64,000 nt of DNA from Eledone cirrhosa (lineage: Eukaryota). Numbering within the stretch: the stretch's first letter is position 1; each line of letters opens with the position of its first letter. The notes below the pieces were generated by a model. That model did not search any database. It had not been told where the DNA came from and worked only from the letters and a program-made list of their open reading frames with translations. Positions 24,531 through 38,820 of the stretch are shown one piece after another. The translations under genes and the position numbers were made by a program. The stretch lies in contig OZ024744.1 in the NCBI GenBank assembly GCA_964016885.1, forward strand, positions 97,836,001 to 97,900,000. Direction: 5' to 3'.

Positions 24531-24628
24531 CAGTGGAGCAGGAACTATTGTAACAAGAACGCTACCGGTTGTCAATATATATGACACATCAGTATGACTG
24601 TGTTGTTAGAGAGAGAGAGAGAGAGAGA

Positions 24629-24734
<106 letters not shown>

Positions 24735-25635
24735 GGGGACTACGTAGTTTATTTGAGTACATTTATTTTTATAGTTTAGAATATTTGTGTTTGGAACTTA
24801 ACTTAACAAAGATTCTTATATAAAAGATTGTTATACAAGATTTTGGAAGATTGATTTATAAACATTTTAAAATAAAGTTTGCGTAGTAGAACCAGGTCCG
24901 GTTTCAGGCTGGATGGTATCGAAACGGTTAGAATAACATTACAGTATACAGTTATGATAGACTGGACAAACAAAATTTAAAATGTAGAGGTTGTAGGTGC
25001 AGGTACGGCTGTATGGTCAAGTGGTCTCTGGTTCTTATCTCCCTTCCCCCACTCTTCTTCTTCTTCTTCTTCTTCTTCTTCTTCTTCTTCTTCTTCTTCT
25101 TCTTCTTCTTCTTCTTCTTCTTCTTCTCCTCCTCCTCCTCATCCTCATCCTCCTCCTCCTCATCCTCCTTCTATCCCTCTCCCTCTCTTTCTCTCTGTGA
25201 TAACACTTTTATCTTCTAGGGAACTGCAAATCTTCAGAACCCCAAAGAAAACAGTCTTTTAGATGCATTTTCTGATCCGAGTGTCACCATGTAAATCTCG
25301 TTAGATATTGTGAGACCCCAGAAATTATAATATATTTGAAGTGCCTTATCTATGCGTTTGCATAAATAGGGATGTTGTAGCTTCAGGAAGTTTTTCAATG
25401 AATTACAAGGCCTTTTTTAGATGCAATCTCGGCTGACTGTGTGAGGAGCAGTCTTTCCTTATCTGTCTTATGTAGCTTACACCAGTTGTATATATTGCTT
25501 TGTTATATAAAGACACCGACTGTCTGTCAGTGTTGTTGGGGGAAACTTGGTTATCCTCCATTGGGGAAGGAGGTGTAACCTTGGTCTATGTACATAAAAT
25601 ACTGTGGAGGCGTATGGCCCTTCGTGTGAGGGTTG

Positions 25636-25846
25636 CGAGAACATTTAGAGTGGGGCAATGGGAAAAAGAAATCGATTCATGTCAGGAGTGAGAGAACATA
25701 AAGTGTGGGGCAATGGGACAAAATAAATCTATTCATGTCAGGGGTGAGAGAACAGTTAATGCAGAGCAAGGGACAAAATAAATATATTCATGTGAGGGAT
25801 GAGAGAACAGTTAGTGTAGAGCAAGGAGCAAAATAAATATATTCAT
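25636..25846. repeat. ~60-bp diverged tandem repeat, about 4 units
   Basis: Recurring GAGAACA....G.G.GCAA.GG..AAAATAAAT..ATTCATGT. Confidence 0.75.
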
Positions 25847-26090
25847 ATGTCTCTGTTGGCCACGAAGGAAGAAAAGTGAGTCTGAGCTAAGATTATAAAG
25901 GAAGAGCTTGTTTCCGACTGATCTCGTCACTTGTTAGATGCTGTTCACTGGTAAGTTAGCGGAATAAGGGAATCTGTTTGTTTGTGCGTTCGTTTTTTTT
26001 ATGTTGTTTTTTTTCTTTGTTTTTGTTTTTGTTTTTGTTTTTGTTTTATTTTTGTTGTTTTGTTTGTTATTGTTGTTGTTGTTTTTTGTT

Positions 26091-26126
<36 letters not shown>

Positions 26127-26471
26127 AGGTGCGAAAAATACAGAGAGAGGGAGTTTAGTGTGTTTCCAGAAAATGGGTTAAAAAAATGGAAGAATGCATC
26201 ATACACACGTGGTGGTGTGGCAGGAGGAAACAGTAAGGAGAAACAAAACAACGAGGTGGATACATGGAATAGGTTCAGAGGTTCAGAGGAGAAAGATAAT
26301 TAGAAGTTTTAGTAGAGCAGAAACAAACGATAGTGACAGAAAAACCAACAAAACATATGTCGGCGATGAACCGATGTTTGTCTAGCTTTGAGTAACATTA
26401 CCCGGAAGTAGGGTAATCCATAGCTGCTAACGTCGGAGATGTACCTCTATTTCTCTCTCTCTTTCTTTCTT

Positions 26472-26540
<69 letters not shown>

Positions 26541-26665
26541 GTAAGTATACGAGATATATGTATATATAATGTATATATATATCCTTATCTATCTATCTCT
26601 ATCTGTATATCTTTCTATCAAGCTATTTATCCATCTATCTATCTTTCTCTCTCGTTCTCTCTTTC

Positions 26666-26719
<54 letters not shown>

Positions 26720-27719
26720 GCTCTCTCTCTCTCTCTCTCTCTCTTCTGTGTATATATATATATATATATATATGGAGAGGTATATAAATATATAGAGAGA
26801 AGGCGGCGAATTGTCAAAGTCGTTAGAACCTCAGATAGAATGCCTTGTGGTATTTGTTCCGACTCTTTGCACTCTCTGAGTTCAAATCCCGCCGAGGTCA
26901 ACTTTGCCCTTCATCCTTTGAAGGTTGATAATAAAAAAAAGTACCAGTCTAGTACTGGTGTCGATTTCTTCCTCTATATCTCTTTCTCATCTCCTCTCTC
27001 TCACTATCTCTATCTTTCTCTGGAAGAAGTCTACTGGAGAGGGATGGGCTCCGCCAGGCTTAAAATATGCTCAAGAAATGCCGCATGTCAATACAGCGCC
27101 CTTACGACTCTATCAGGAGTTAGGGGGGGGGGGACAAAGGAAAGGAAGGATATATAGGAGGTAGGGAGATTGTGAGTAAATGAGATGAAAGAGAGAATGA
27201 AACAGAGAAGGTTGTGTGTATGTGTATGTGTATGTATGAATGTGTGTGTACGTACATACATACATACATACATACATACATACATACATACATACATACA
27301 TACATACATACATACATGTGGGTGTATATTTTCCTATTTCTCTCTGTGTGTGTGTGTGTGTCCCCCATTCTCTCTCTCTCTCTCTCTCTCTGTCTCCATC
27401 TCTGCCTCATTCACACAGGCAGCCATATTTCAATGGTCAATATCGCCATCTCTTTATTATATATTGTTTCCATTGAAACAGTGAACAGTTTGTATATTAC
27501 TTCTCTACTAAAATGTGTGATATCTGCTTTGGTAGTGTTTTGATCCAGACATGTCTTTTCTGTAAATAATTTAGAATGTCTCTATAAAAGCTGAACCATT
27601 CGGTAACATTGTTGGTTGTCTTTAGATAGTAAATGTATCAATGTTTCTCTAATAGAGTTTTTACATTAGAATGGAAAGGATACAGAAGTCAGAGCTACCC
27701 AGCAGAATAAAAATAACAT

Positions 27720-30700
27720 TCTCCAGAACATCTGTTTAGTCAGTGTTGTTGTCTTGATTAGATACATGGACCATAACACAAGTCTTTGAGAAGAAACTAG
27801 ATGATCCATACACTAAAATACCTAGGGTTGTATAAGACATAAACTGGCGTCAATGTATTACAGATGAAAATTTATACAGAAACTTGGCCAAGACAACAAC
27901 TACGATTGCTTAAAGACTGCAGGACATTGCCGGAGAAGTAAGCAGGAAGTTATACAAAAGTTACTATTGTGGGAACTCAGGGGAGATACAGTAGGAGAGG
28001 TTATACACAAGCTACTATTGTGGGAACTCACGGGAGACACAGTAGAGGAAGTTATACACAAGTTACTGTTGTGGGAACCAACTCAGGGGTGATACACTAG
28101 AGGAAGTTATACACAAGTTACTATTGTGGGAACTCAGGGGAGATACAGTAGGGGATGTTATACACAAGTTACTATTGTGGGAACCAACCCATGGGGGATA
28201 CAGTAGAGGAAGTTATACGCAAGTTATTATTATAGGAACAAACGGGAGACACAGTAGAGGAAGTTATACACAAGTTATAATTGTCGGAACCAACTCATGG
28301 GAGATACAGTAGAGGAAGTTATACACAAGTTATTATTATGGGAACTCACGGGAGACACAGTAGAGGAAGTTATACACAAGTTACTATTGTGGGAACCAAT
28401 TCATGGGAGATACAGTAGAGAAAGTTATACACAAGTTACTATTGTGGGAACTCAGGGGAGACACACTAGAGGAAGTTATACACAAGTTACTATTGTGGTA
28501 ACTCAGGGGAGATACAGTAGAGTAAGTTATACACAAGTTACTATTGTGGGAACCAACTCAGGGGAGACACAGTAGGGGAAGTTATACACAAGATACTATT
28601 GTGGGAACTCAGGGGAGACACACTAGATGATTTTATACACAAGTTACTATTGTGGGAACCAACTCACGGAAGATACAGTAGAGGAAGATATACACAAGAT
28701 ACTATTGTGGGAACTCACGGGAGACACACTAGAGGACGTTATACACGAGTTACTATTGTGGGAAGCAATTCATGGGAGACACAGTAGAGGAAGTTATACA
28801 CAAGTTACTATAGTGGGAACCAATTCATGGGAGATACAGTAGAGTACGTTATACACAAGTTACTATTGTGCGAACTCACGGGAGACACAATAAAGGAAGT
28901 TATACACAAGTTACTATTGTGGGAACTCACGGGTGACACACTAGAGGAAGTTATACACAAGTTACTATTGTGGGAACCAACTCACGGGAGACACAGTAGA
29001 GGAAGTTATACACAAGTTACTGTTGTGGGAACCAACTCACGGGAGACACAGTAGAGGAAGTTATACATAAGATACTGTTGTGGGAACCAACTCAGGGGAG
29101 ACACAGTAGAGGAAGTTATACACAAGTTACTATTGTGGGAACCAATTCATGGGAGATACAGTAGAGAAAGTTATACACAAGTTACTATTGTGGGAACTCA
29201 GGGGAGACACACTAGAGGAAGTTATACACAAGTTACTATTGTGGTAACTCAGGGGAGATACAGTAGAGTAAGTTATACACAAGTTACTATTGTGGGAACC
29301 AACTCAGGGGAGACACAGTAGGGGAAGTTATACACAAGATACTATTGTGGGAACTCAGGGGAGACACACTAGATGATTTTATACACAAGTTACTATTGTG
29401 GGAACCAACTCACGGAAGATACAGTAGAGGAAGATATACACAAGATACTATTGTGGGAACTCACGGGAGACACACTAGAGGACGTTATACACGAGTTACT
29501 ATTGTGGGAAGCAATTCATGGGAGACACAGTAGAGGAAGTTATACACAAGTTACTATAGTGGGAACCAATTCATGGGAGATACAGTAGAGTACGTTATAC
29601 ACAAGTTACTATTGTGCGAACTCACGGGAGACACAATAAAGGAAGTTATACACAAGTTACTATTGTGGGAACTCACGGGTGACACACTAGAGGAAGTTAT
29701 ACACAAGTTACTATTGTGGGAACCAACTCACGGGAGACACAGTAGAGGAAGTTATACACAAGTTACTGTTGTGGGAACCAACTCACGGGAGACACAGTAG
29801 AGGAAGTTATACATAAGATACTGTTGTGGGAACCAACTCAGGGGAGACACAGTAGAGGAAGTTATACACAAGTTACTATTGTGGGAACCAATTCATGGGA
29901 GATACAGTAGAGAAAGTTATACACAAGTTACTATTGTGGGAACTCAGGGGAGACACACTAGAGGAAGTTATACACAAGATACTATTGTGGGAACTCAGGG
30001 GAGACACAGTAGATGAAGTTATACACAAGTTACTATTGTGGTAACTCAGGGGAGATACAGTAGAGTAAGTTATACACAAGTTACTATTGTGGGAACCAAC
30101 TCAGGGGAGACACAGTAGGGGAAGTTATACACAAGATACTATTGTGGGAACTCAGGGGAGACGCACTAGAGGATTTTATACACAAGTTACTATTGTGGGA
30201 ACCAACTCACGGAAGATACAGTAGAGGAAGATATACACAAGATACTATTGTGGGAACTCACGGGAGACACACTAGAGGACGTTATACACGAGTTACTATT
30301 GTGGGAAGCAATTCATGGGAGACACAGTAGAGGAAGTTATACACAAGTTACTATAGTGGGAACCAATTCATGGGAGATACAGTAGAGTACGTTATACACA
30401 AGTTACTATTGTGCGAACTCACGGGAGACACAATAAAGGAAGTTATACACAAGTTACTATTGTGGGAACTCACGGGTGACACACTAGAGGAAGTTATACA
30501 CAAGTTACTATTGTGGGAACCAACTCACGGGAGACACAGTAGAGGACGTTATACACAAGTTACTATTGTGGGAACTTACGGGAGATACAGTAGGAGAAGT
30601 TATACACAAGTTACAATTGTGGGAACTCAGGGATTGACACAGTAGGAAATTTTATACACAAGTTACTATTGTGGGAACTCACGGTTGATACAGTAAGGGG

Positions 30701-31670
30701 AAGTTGTACACAAGTTACTATTGTGGGATCTCAGGGGAGACACAGTAGAGGGAGTTATACACAAGTTACTATTGTGGGAATTCACAGGAGATACAGTAAG
30801 CGAAGTTATACACAAGTTAATATTGTGGGAACTCAGGGGAGACACAGTAGAGGAAGTTATACACAAGATACTATTGTGGGAACTCAGGGGAGACACAGTA
30901 GAGGAAGTTATACACAAGTTACTGTTGTGGGAACCAACTCACGGGAAGCCCTCTAGAGGACGTTATACACAAGTTACTATTGTGGGAACCAACTCACGGG
31001 AGACACACTAGAGGACTTTATACACAAGTTACTATTGTGAGAATCAACTCACGGGAGATACAGTAGAGGAAGTTATACACAAGTTACTATTGTGGGAACC
31101 AACTCACGGGAGACACACTAGAGGAAGTTATACACAAGTTACTGTTGTGGGAACCAACTCAGGGGAAACACAGTAGAGCAAGTTATACACAAGTTACTAT
31201 TGTGGGAACTCAAGGGAGACACACTAGAGGAAGTTATATACAAGTTACTGTTGTGGGTACCAACTCACGGGAGATACAGTAGAGGAAGTTATACACAAGT
31301 TACTATTATGGGAACTCAGGGGAGACACACTAGAGTAAGTTATACACAAGATACTATTGTGGGAACTCAGGGGAGACACAGTAGATGAAGTTATACACAA
31401 GTTACAATTGTGGGAACTCAGGGGAGACACAGTAGAGGAAGTTATACACAAGTTACTGTTGTGGGAACCAACTCACGGGAGACACAGTAAATGAAGTTAT
31501 AAACAAGTTACTATTGTGGGAACTCACGGGAGACACACTAGAGGGAGACCTGCTTGAACCTTCATCGATCAACTCTCAGATGATAGAAACTTCAGTAGGG
31601 AACAGTTGCCAGGAGTAATGAGAAATGGTGAATTGTGGAGAGACTTTGTCTGGAATGTTCAACTGTGGTT
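27720..31670 (+). mobile_element. Degenerate RTE-group LINE 3' fragment split by an internal satellite
   Basis: Left flank DTWTITQVFEKKLD..AGHCRRSKQEVIQKLLLWE; right flank RGRPA*TFIDQLSDD..MRNGELWR. Confidence 0.8.
27945..31545 (+). repeat. 51/55-bp minisatellite, ~68 units, with a 746-bp higher-order repeat
   Basis: Unit GGGAA(CCAA)CTCAGGGGAGACACAGTAGAGGAAGTTATACACAAGTTACTATTGT; identical ORFs recur at 28599/29345 and 28827/29573. Confidence 0.97.
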
Positions 31671-31930
31671 GCAATGATAATTTTTTTAAAATAAGCATTT
31701 AGTTCTGTCTTAACATTTCCTAGTTTTTAACATTATCTTGTTTTTAATAATATTTATTACAAATACTTAATTTCAAATAAACGCTTAGAAATTTGTAATT
31801 TAAATATATATATATACATAAATATATGAGTGTGTATGTGTGTATATATATATATATATATACATATATGTATACACATATATATATACACATATATAGA
31901 TACACACACTCATATGTATATATAAATATA

Positions 31931-31965
<35 letters not shown>

Positions 31966-32182
31966 ATATAAGGAGGCTTATCCGGGATTTCTTGAAGTAT
32001 ATATATATGTATATATATATCATAAATCATGTCTTTAGAATCATCAGATAATAAAATATATACTATTTCTTCTTCTAATTTATGATATAATGCTCTGATT
32101 TTTTAATTTATTAATTCTTCATAGAGCTTAAAAGTGACCAGTTGCAACATGTATATATCTATAACTTTATGTATATGTTAAC

Positions 32183-32219
<37 letters not shown>

Positions 32220-32395
32220 AACTTTGACTTTCATAGGTTTCGGCCAGTATTGACCCTGGCCATGTCTAACTTAATAGCACCACCTGGCGAAGTCTTACAA
32301 ATCAATGTTTGGGCACCATGGCCTACTCGAGCAGAGAGTTATTGTTTACAGAGTCATATCCGGGTGTAGGAGGTTTATCGGGGATTTCTTGAAGG

Positions 32396-32434
<39 letters not shown>

Positions 32435-32435
<1 letters not shown>

Positions 32436-33260
32436 CGAAGTATAGATACCTTTTTACGCTTGGCGAAGTATAAAGACCCTTCTACGCTTGACGAAGAATA
32501 GAGACCCTTCTACGCTTGGCTAAGAATAGGACCCTTCTACGCTTGACGAAAAGTACAGACCCTTCTACGTTTGTCGAAGAATAGAGACTCTTCTACGCTT
32601 GACGAAGAGTACAGACCCTTCTACGCTTGGCGAAGAATAGAGACCCTTCTACGTTTGGCGAAGAATAGAGACTCTTCTATGCTTGGCGAAGAATAGAGAC
32701 TCTTCTACGCTTGACGAAGAGTACAGACCCTTCTACGCTTGACGAAGAGTACAGACCCTTCTACGCTTGACGAAGAGTACAGACCCTTCTACGCTTGACG
32801 AAGAGTACAGACCCTTCTACGCTTCGCGAAGAATAGAGACTCTTCTACGCTTGTCGAAGAATAGAGACTCTTCTATGCTTGGCGAAGAATAGAGACTCTT
32901 CTACGCTTGACGAAGAGTACAGACCCTTCTACGCTTGACGAAGAGTACAGACCCTTCTACGCTTGGCGAAGAATAGAGACCCTTCTACGTTTGGCGAAGA
33001 ATAGAGACCAATGTCAACGGCTGACTATGAGAGAGTGTAACGTCGAGAATGACACCACAATGACTGGCTGTACCAGTTGCGGGAACATGATGATGGTCTT
33101 TCTACGTTATTTGAAACATGATTTAATCCGTTTCTCTGCTTAACATCATCACGTAACACTAACTGCCTTGGGTGTTTTTAGCGGAGTTCGCTCTGTTACA
33201 AACACTGGAGTCATGTCTCCGGTTTGAGGACAAAATACTAGCTCAACATTGATCCAAAAA
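32435..33260. mobile_element. Dispersed repeat: 28-bp array (CTTCTACGCTTGGCGAAGAATAGAGACC)n plus a ~250-bp unique tail
   Basis: Second copy at 45243-46297 with a near-identical tail. Confidence 0.8.
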
Positions 33261-33489
33261 CACATATATATACACACAAATACATACACACACATACACA
33301 TACATATATACACATATACATACACACATACATACGCACACATATACACACACACACACATGCATATATATACACATACACACATACACATACACATATA
33401 AATATATATATATATTTAATATAAGGAACTTGTTCTTTGTTTTTATTAATTGTTTTTATTAATTTATATATATATATATATATATATTC

Positions 33490-33830
33490 ATTGGTAAAAG
33501 GAAAAGAAAATGCTGACAAATTGTTCCCAGTGAAAAATAGTTTAATTAGGAATAAGTATTGGTTAGTATTCAGTTTTGGTTTTAAGTTTTACCGGTTGCG
33601 CATTTCTAATGCTTTTCAAAAATAATTTTGAGATAGAGCGCCCGTGATGTTTTCTCTAATCTGATTAGTTTTGGGAATTCTACCTGTTTTATGTGAAAAA
33701 AAGTGGCTCCAGATGTATTAAAATAAGTTTCGCGCCAATTCGTGTTGCAAAAATTCTTGTGGTCAAAACAATTTTGATTGGTCGGTAGAGGTCATGTGAA
33801 TGTTAAAAATTGATTTTGCGCCAAATGTAG
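33490..33830. repeat. Dispersed repeat, second copy at ~40858-41200; both follow (TA)n
   Basis: Shared TTGGTAAA..GAAAATGCTGACAAATTGTT...GATTTTGCGCCAA. Confidence 0.8.
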
Positions 33831-33881
33831 GTTTGTCTCGGCTGATTGAGTAGTCACTGAAAAATAAGTCTTTTAAGACAA

Positions 33882-33930
<49 letters not shown>

Positions 33931-34027
33931 AGTAAAGAGGTTCATTGTTGCGATAATGGTCAGTAGGGATGTGTGTGTGAATTGCAGTCATGTTGACAGG
34001 TCAACAGTTCAGGTGCCTATTAAGACA

Positions 34028-34084
<57 letters not shown>

Positions 34085-34192
34085 CAGAGTAATTCGTGGT
34101 AGAGGGATCGGTCAGTAGGAATGTGTCTGTACGTGTGTGGGGGATATTTTAACATGTTAAAAGATATTTTTCAGCTCTTGTCTTATACGGAG

Positions 34193-34295
<103 letters not shown>

Positions 34296-34585
34296 CGTTT
34301 CTTTGTATGTTAGTGTACGCGTGTGTATGTGTGTGTGTATATATGTGTGTATATGTGTGTATGTGTGTGTGTGGGTGGACCAGTATTTTTGTGATACTGG
34401 TAAAGATGGTGTACATTATATATATATATATATAAATCACAAAGTTCTGTTCAAACCATTTATTAGCTTACAATTGTTTATATTATAATGGATGTCACCC
34501 CACTGTTCATCGATATATACATATGTTTCTTGATGTCTCTTGTGTTGGAAAGGAGGTCATGTATGTAAACAATCATTGAAAAATT

Positions 34586-34630
34586 GCTCCGAAGAGTCCA
34601 AACCTCGGTTTTGAAGAAACAATTGTAAGC
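34586..34630 (+). ncRNA. Minimal type I hammerhead ribozyme (variant core) in the 5' pLTR
   Basis: GCT-CCGAAGA-stem II-GAAAC-AATT-GTA-AGC; palindromic stem III. Confidence 0.7.
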
Positions 34631-34905
34631 TAATAAATGGTTTGAACAGAACTTTGATTCATGTGATTTCTATATAACTGCTCTGTAGAACAACCGATGT
34701 TATTACATTGAGCTACTTATCTTACTGGTAATAAGGTAGTAATAAATTACTGTCTTTCATTGTTTAGGGTTTAAAATATATATAACTATAACAAGTTTTA
34801 GTATATACATAACCATAAATAGTATCCTTAATACTATTAACTGCTCCATACTGTTGAGCTGACATACAATAAATTACCAGTATACTGATCAAAGACCAAC
34901 TCCCT

Positions 34906-37333
34906 ATGTCAACCAAGAACATACCAATACCATCCAAGACTACATATGAAAAATTATTGATCGACAGTGTAAACTCTTTTATCAATAGAGTGAGATGGAG
35001 GACATTCCATTATGATAAAAACAAATCTAGCAAGGTTAATAATACTAACAAATTCGACTCCTTCGGCTTTAAAACCTTTAGAAGCCCCCCTCACAACACA
35101 CTACTAAACTCCTTTGAAAATGACCTAATAAAACCAGTTAAGAACATTAAATACAAAAAGCACGTAATAAAAACAACACCTTCTTAAACAAACTTAACAC
35201 CTCTATTAATGAATTCAAAACTAGTAATAACATTATTGTACATGCGGACAAAACTAATAACATATACAGCCTAGATTATAATACATATAGAAAGTTTATA
35301 TATAATGAACTACATAAAAGCTACAAGAAAACTACTATGAAAAACTTGGAAGATATTAATATGGAAGGCTATAATATAGTGTCCAAACTAGGACTTCAGA
35401 GACATACACAACCATATACGCCAAAGCCCCCTAGATTCTCTCTGAAGGACCATAAGGAGGAATTCATTAGCAACCCCTCGATTAGACTTATCTGCCCTTC
35501 CAAGTCTGACATTGGCATTATCAGTAAGAAAATTTTAGATAAAATCATCCCACAGATTAAACACAAGATATACCTTAAAGAATGGGGAAATACAGGTGAA
35601 GTTATTGAATGGTTCAAAAATATCAAGGATAACAAGGATAAAAAATTTATTCAATTTGATATCAATTCATACTACACCTCTATTTCCCCTATCCTATTAA
35701 ATAAGGCACTAATCATGGCCATGGACAATAGTGACCTGACTAGACCCCAGATTGATGTCATTCTTGCGGCCCGTAATACCTTTGAAGACCAATTATGGAC
35801 CCGCAAGGATACGCAAAACAACTTCGACATAACCATGGTATCTAGTGACTCGGCGCAGGTCACTGATTTGGTCGGCCTATATTTACTTAACGAAATCCAT
35901 AAGGACCTTCCATACCTCAACGGTGGTTTGTACCGCGATGATGCACTTCTACTTATAGACTATAAAAAATTCAATATAGAAAGAACTAGAAAACTATTGC
36001 ACAAGACATTCAAAAACTATAACCTTAGTATCACCATAGACAAAAACACTAAAAACGTTAACTTCCTAGACGCCACCCTCTACATAGACTCAAAGATATA
36101 TACACCTTTCCATAAACCTAACGAAAAACTGATTTACGTAGATACCAAGTCTAACCACACTAGATCAATATTAAACTCTATCTCTAAGGGAGTATCCAAT
36201 AGAATCTCTAATCTATCCTATGACGTAAACATATTTAGCAAAACTCGCAATATTATAATCAGGCATTAGCTAGATCAGGCCATAATATAGAGATCGAGTT
36301 CCTACCTACAAAAACACATAGCTACAACATTATTTCGCACAATATGTCCATGAGGAAATCTAGTAATAAGAATAGCAACCACACACACACTCTTACGAAG
36401 GATGCCAACAAACGTAACCCACACCACAGAAGTTACCATATAGTACCATAAAAGGAAACAACTCATCAGACATAAAAAACAAAAATAGAAAAAGAAATAA
36501 TACATTTTTCAACCCTCCTTTCAATCTAAACGTCTCTACCAACCTACCTAAGGCTTTCTTCTCACTCCTAGATAAAAAACTTCCCATCTGGCCACAAGTA
36601 CCATAGCCTTTTAAACAAAAACACAATTAAAATCTCCTACTCTACCACGCCTAACATAGCATACCACATAGCTAGCAGCAATAAAAGAAAAATTAATTCT
36701 TACTTCTAACAAACTAAATCACAACAGGCGGTAAACCTTCAAAATAACATTATATCAACTAACCCTGATAACAATAGTAATAATAACAATAGCACTAGTG
36801 TAAGCAATAACGCTGGGAACGACAACCCCCATAACCATAATCCTACAGCTACCATCCAGACTTCTACACAACATGATAACCGGCAGACTAACACCCAGAA
36901 TAATTGTAACTGTAGATCTAATAGAACCTGCCCTTTAGATAAAAAATGCTTAATCAAGGATATCATATACTCATGCACCGTCACAACTAGCAACTCTTCT
37001 GAAACCTATATAGGCTCCACTTCAAACTGCTTCAAAACCAGATACAATTCGCACCTCCACTCTTTCAAAAAACACAGTCTAGCCAACTCCACTTCACTAT
37101 CTAGCTACATACACTATCTAAAAACTAAAAATAGATCTTATACACTTAAATGGGAAGTGATAGGTAAGGCGACATCGTACAAACCACTTAATAAATTTTG
37201 TAAACTCTGTCTACTAGAGACCCATACTATTATCTTCTCAAACCATAACCTCCTTAATAAAAAATCAGAAGTGTTCGCGTCATGCCAGCACCGCTTCCGA
37301 GACTCCTTCCAAAACTTTAAACCCAATATATAG
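34906..37333 (+). pseudogene. Frameshifted PLE RT/GIY-YIG ORF
   Basis: KNIPIPS, ADKT, QFDINSYYTSI, GLYRDDAL, NFLD, CNC..CPL..IIY..YIG..FKTRY..H..CKLCLLE..LLNKKSE..CQH; several frameshifts and stops. Confidence 0.92.
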
Positions 37334-38775
37334 CAACGTCAGACTTGAACCCATCACCACTTCTAGCAACACACCTCAAGGGCACACATTACACCACAAC
37401 TCCACACTCAATGATCCACCATATCTTAACACAATTAGTGACATCTATCTAGAACCTTTTACCATAGAAATATCCCCATGTACATCTACTTTTAGTATGA
37501 TTGCCTTCAATTACTTAGACTACTTTACACCACTATATAATTAAATGTTAACTTTAAACACTGAATTGTTTGTGCGATTGTTGTTCTATGTATGGAGTGC
37601 CATCATTGGATAAATAGAAGATTAATTTATTAACATAAAAGAGCTATATAACCTATATGTTGAGTACAATGAATTATGTACAAGTGGTATATGAGTTATA
37701 CATACATGTATGACTTGATGGACAGTAAGTGAGAATTGCTCTCTGGTCTACCCTAGAGATATTTAACTTTGCCATGCAATCAGACATGCGCTGACCCAGA
37801 GCTTACCAGGGGTTGTATAGAGACGTAGTTCTAATAAAACCCTGCCAGGTTCTGTGGGTAGACTACATTTACAAAGATCATTGATTTGGAGATCTGACTC
37901 TTCATGTCGAATATTCAGTGGTGGCACCCTATGATGGAGGGTAATCATCCTAATATGAATACCTTTAGTACTTCTTAATAGAGTAGACTGTAATTTAAGG
38001 ATAGGATACTTAAGTTTAGAAACTGTTTATAACCATATATGTAAGGGACTCAATTGGGACACCGTTTAATGTAAATTGGAATAATAAATTTAGTTATAGA
38101 AATCAGCTAGTTACCTCCTCTCACGCATTAACTCCCTTAATCACACACATACTTCCGGAAAAGAAAACGATGTAAATTCTCGCAACAAAAACAACCTGCT
38201 CTATAAAATTGGATTAAAGAACAACATGCTGTAATAATCTAACCTAATACATCAAGCTTCCAATACTGAATCATCGTTGATTATGTGAAGGACATATAAT
38301 CTATATATTACGTTTCCTGGATTGTGAAAATGGTGGAGTATACGAAAACCATAACATTATTCTGCTTCTCATTTTTAATATTTCTCTGCACACAAGCTTC
38401 TTTATCATACATAAAAAATACAACCCTCATAATACTCTTGTTTACCCGCTTAAAATGCTTGTATTGCATATAACACCTTGCCGCACATTAATCTTATATA
38501 AATAAGACACACGTGCATGCCCCACGTGTAACTATTGCATACACTAACTACTTCAAACTATCCTCTTGCATTATCTTCGTAAACTGCCGATGTTGTATTT
38601 TAACTTTAATTTTGTTTTAATTTTCTGTTAATATGATTTTAATTTTTGAATGTAAATTGCCATGCTAAAATATTATAATGGATGTCACCCCACTGTGCAT
38701 CGATATATACATATGTTTCTGGATGACTCTTGTGTTGGAAAGGAGGTCATGTATGTAAACAATCATTGAAAAATT

Positions 38776-38820
38776 GCTCCGAAGACACCAAACCTCGGTT
38801 TGGACGAAACAATTGTAAGC
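38776..38820 (+). ncRNA. Minimal type I hammerhead ribozyme (variant core) in the 3' pLTR
   Basis: GCT-CCGAAGA-caCCAAACC tc GGTTTGGac-GAAAC-AATT-GTA-AGC. Confidence 0.7.

Noticed and set aside
27945-31545. Repeat-protein gene
   Set aside because: The 55-bp units shift frame and stops are frequent; the array derives from a dead LINE.
31965-32050. Minus-strand CTGATGA...GAAATCCCGGATA hammerhead
   Set aside because: Stem I does not pair, and the GAAA half recurs separately at ~32370, so the halves are probably unrelated.
32435-33010. Palindromic 28-bp repeats as CRISPR
   Set aside because: No spacers; simple tandem array.
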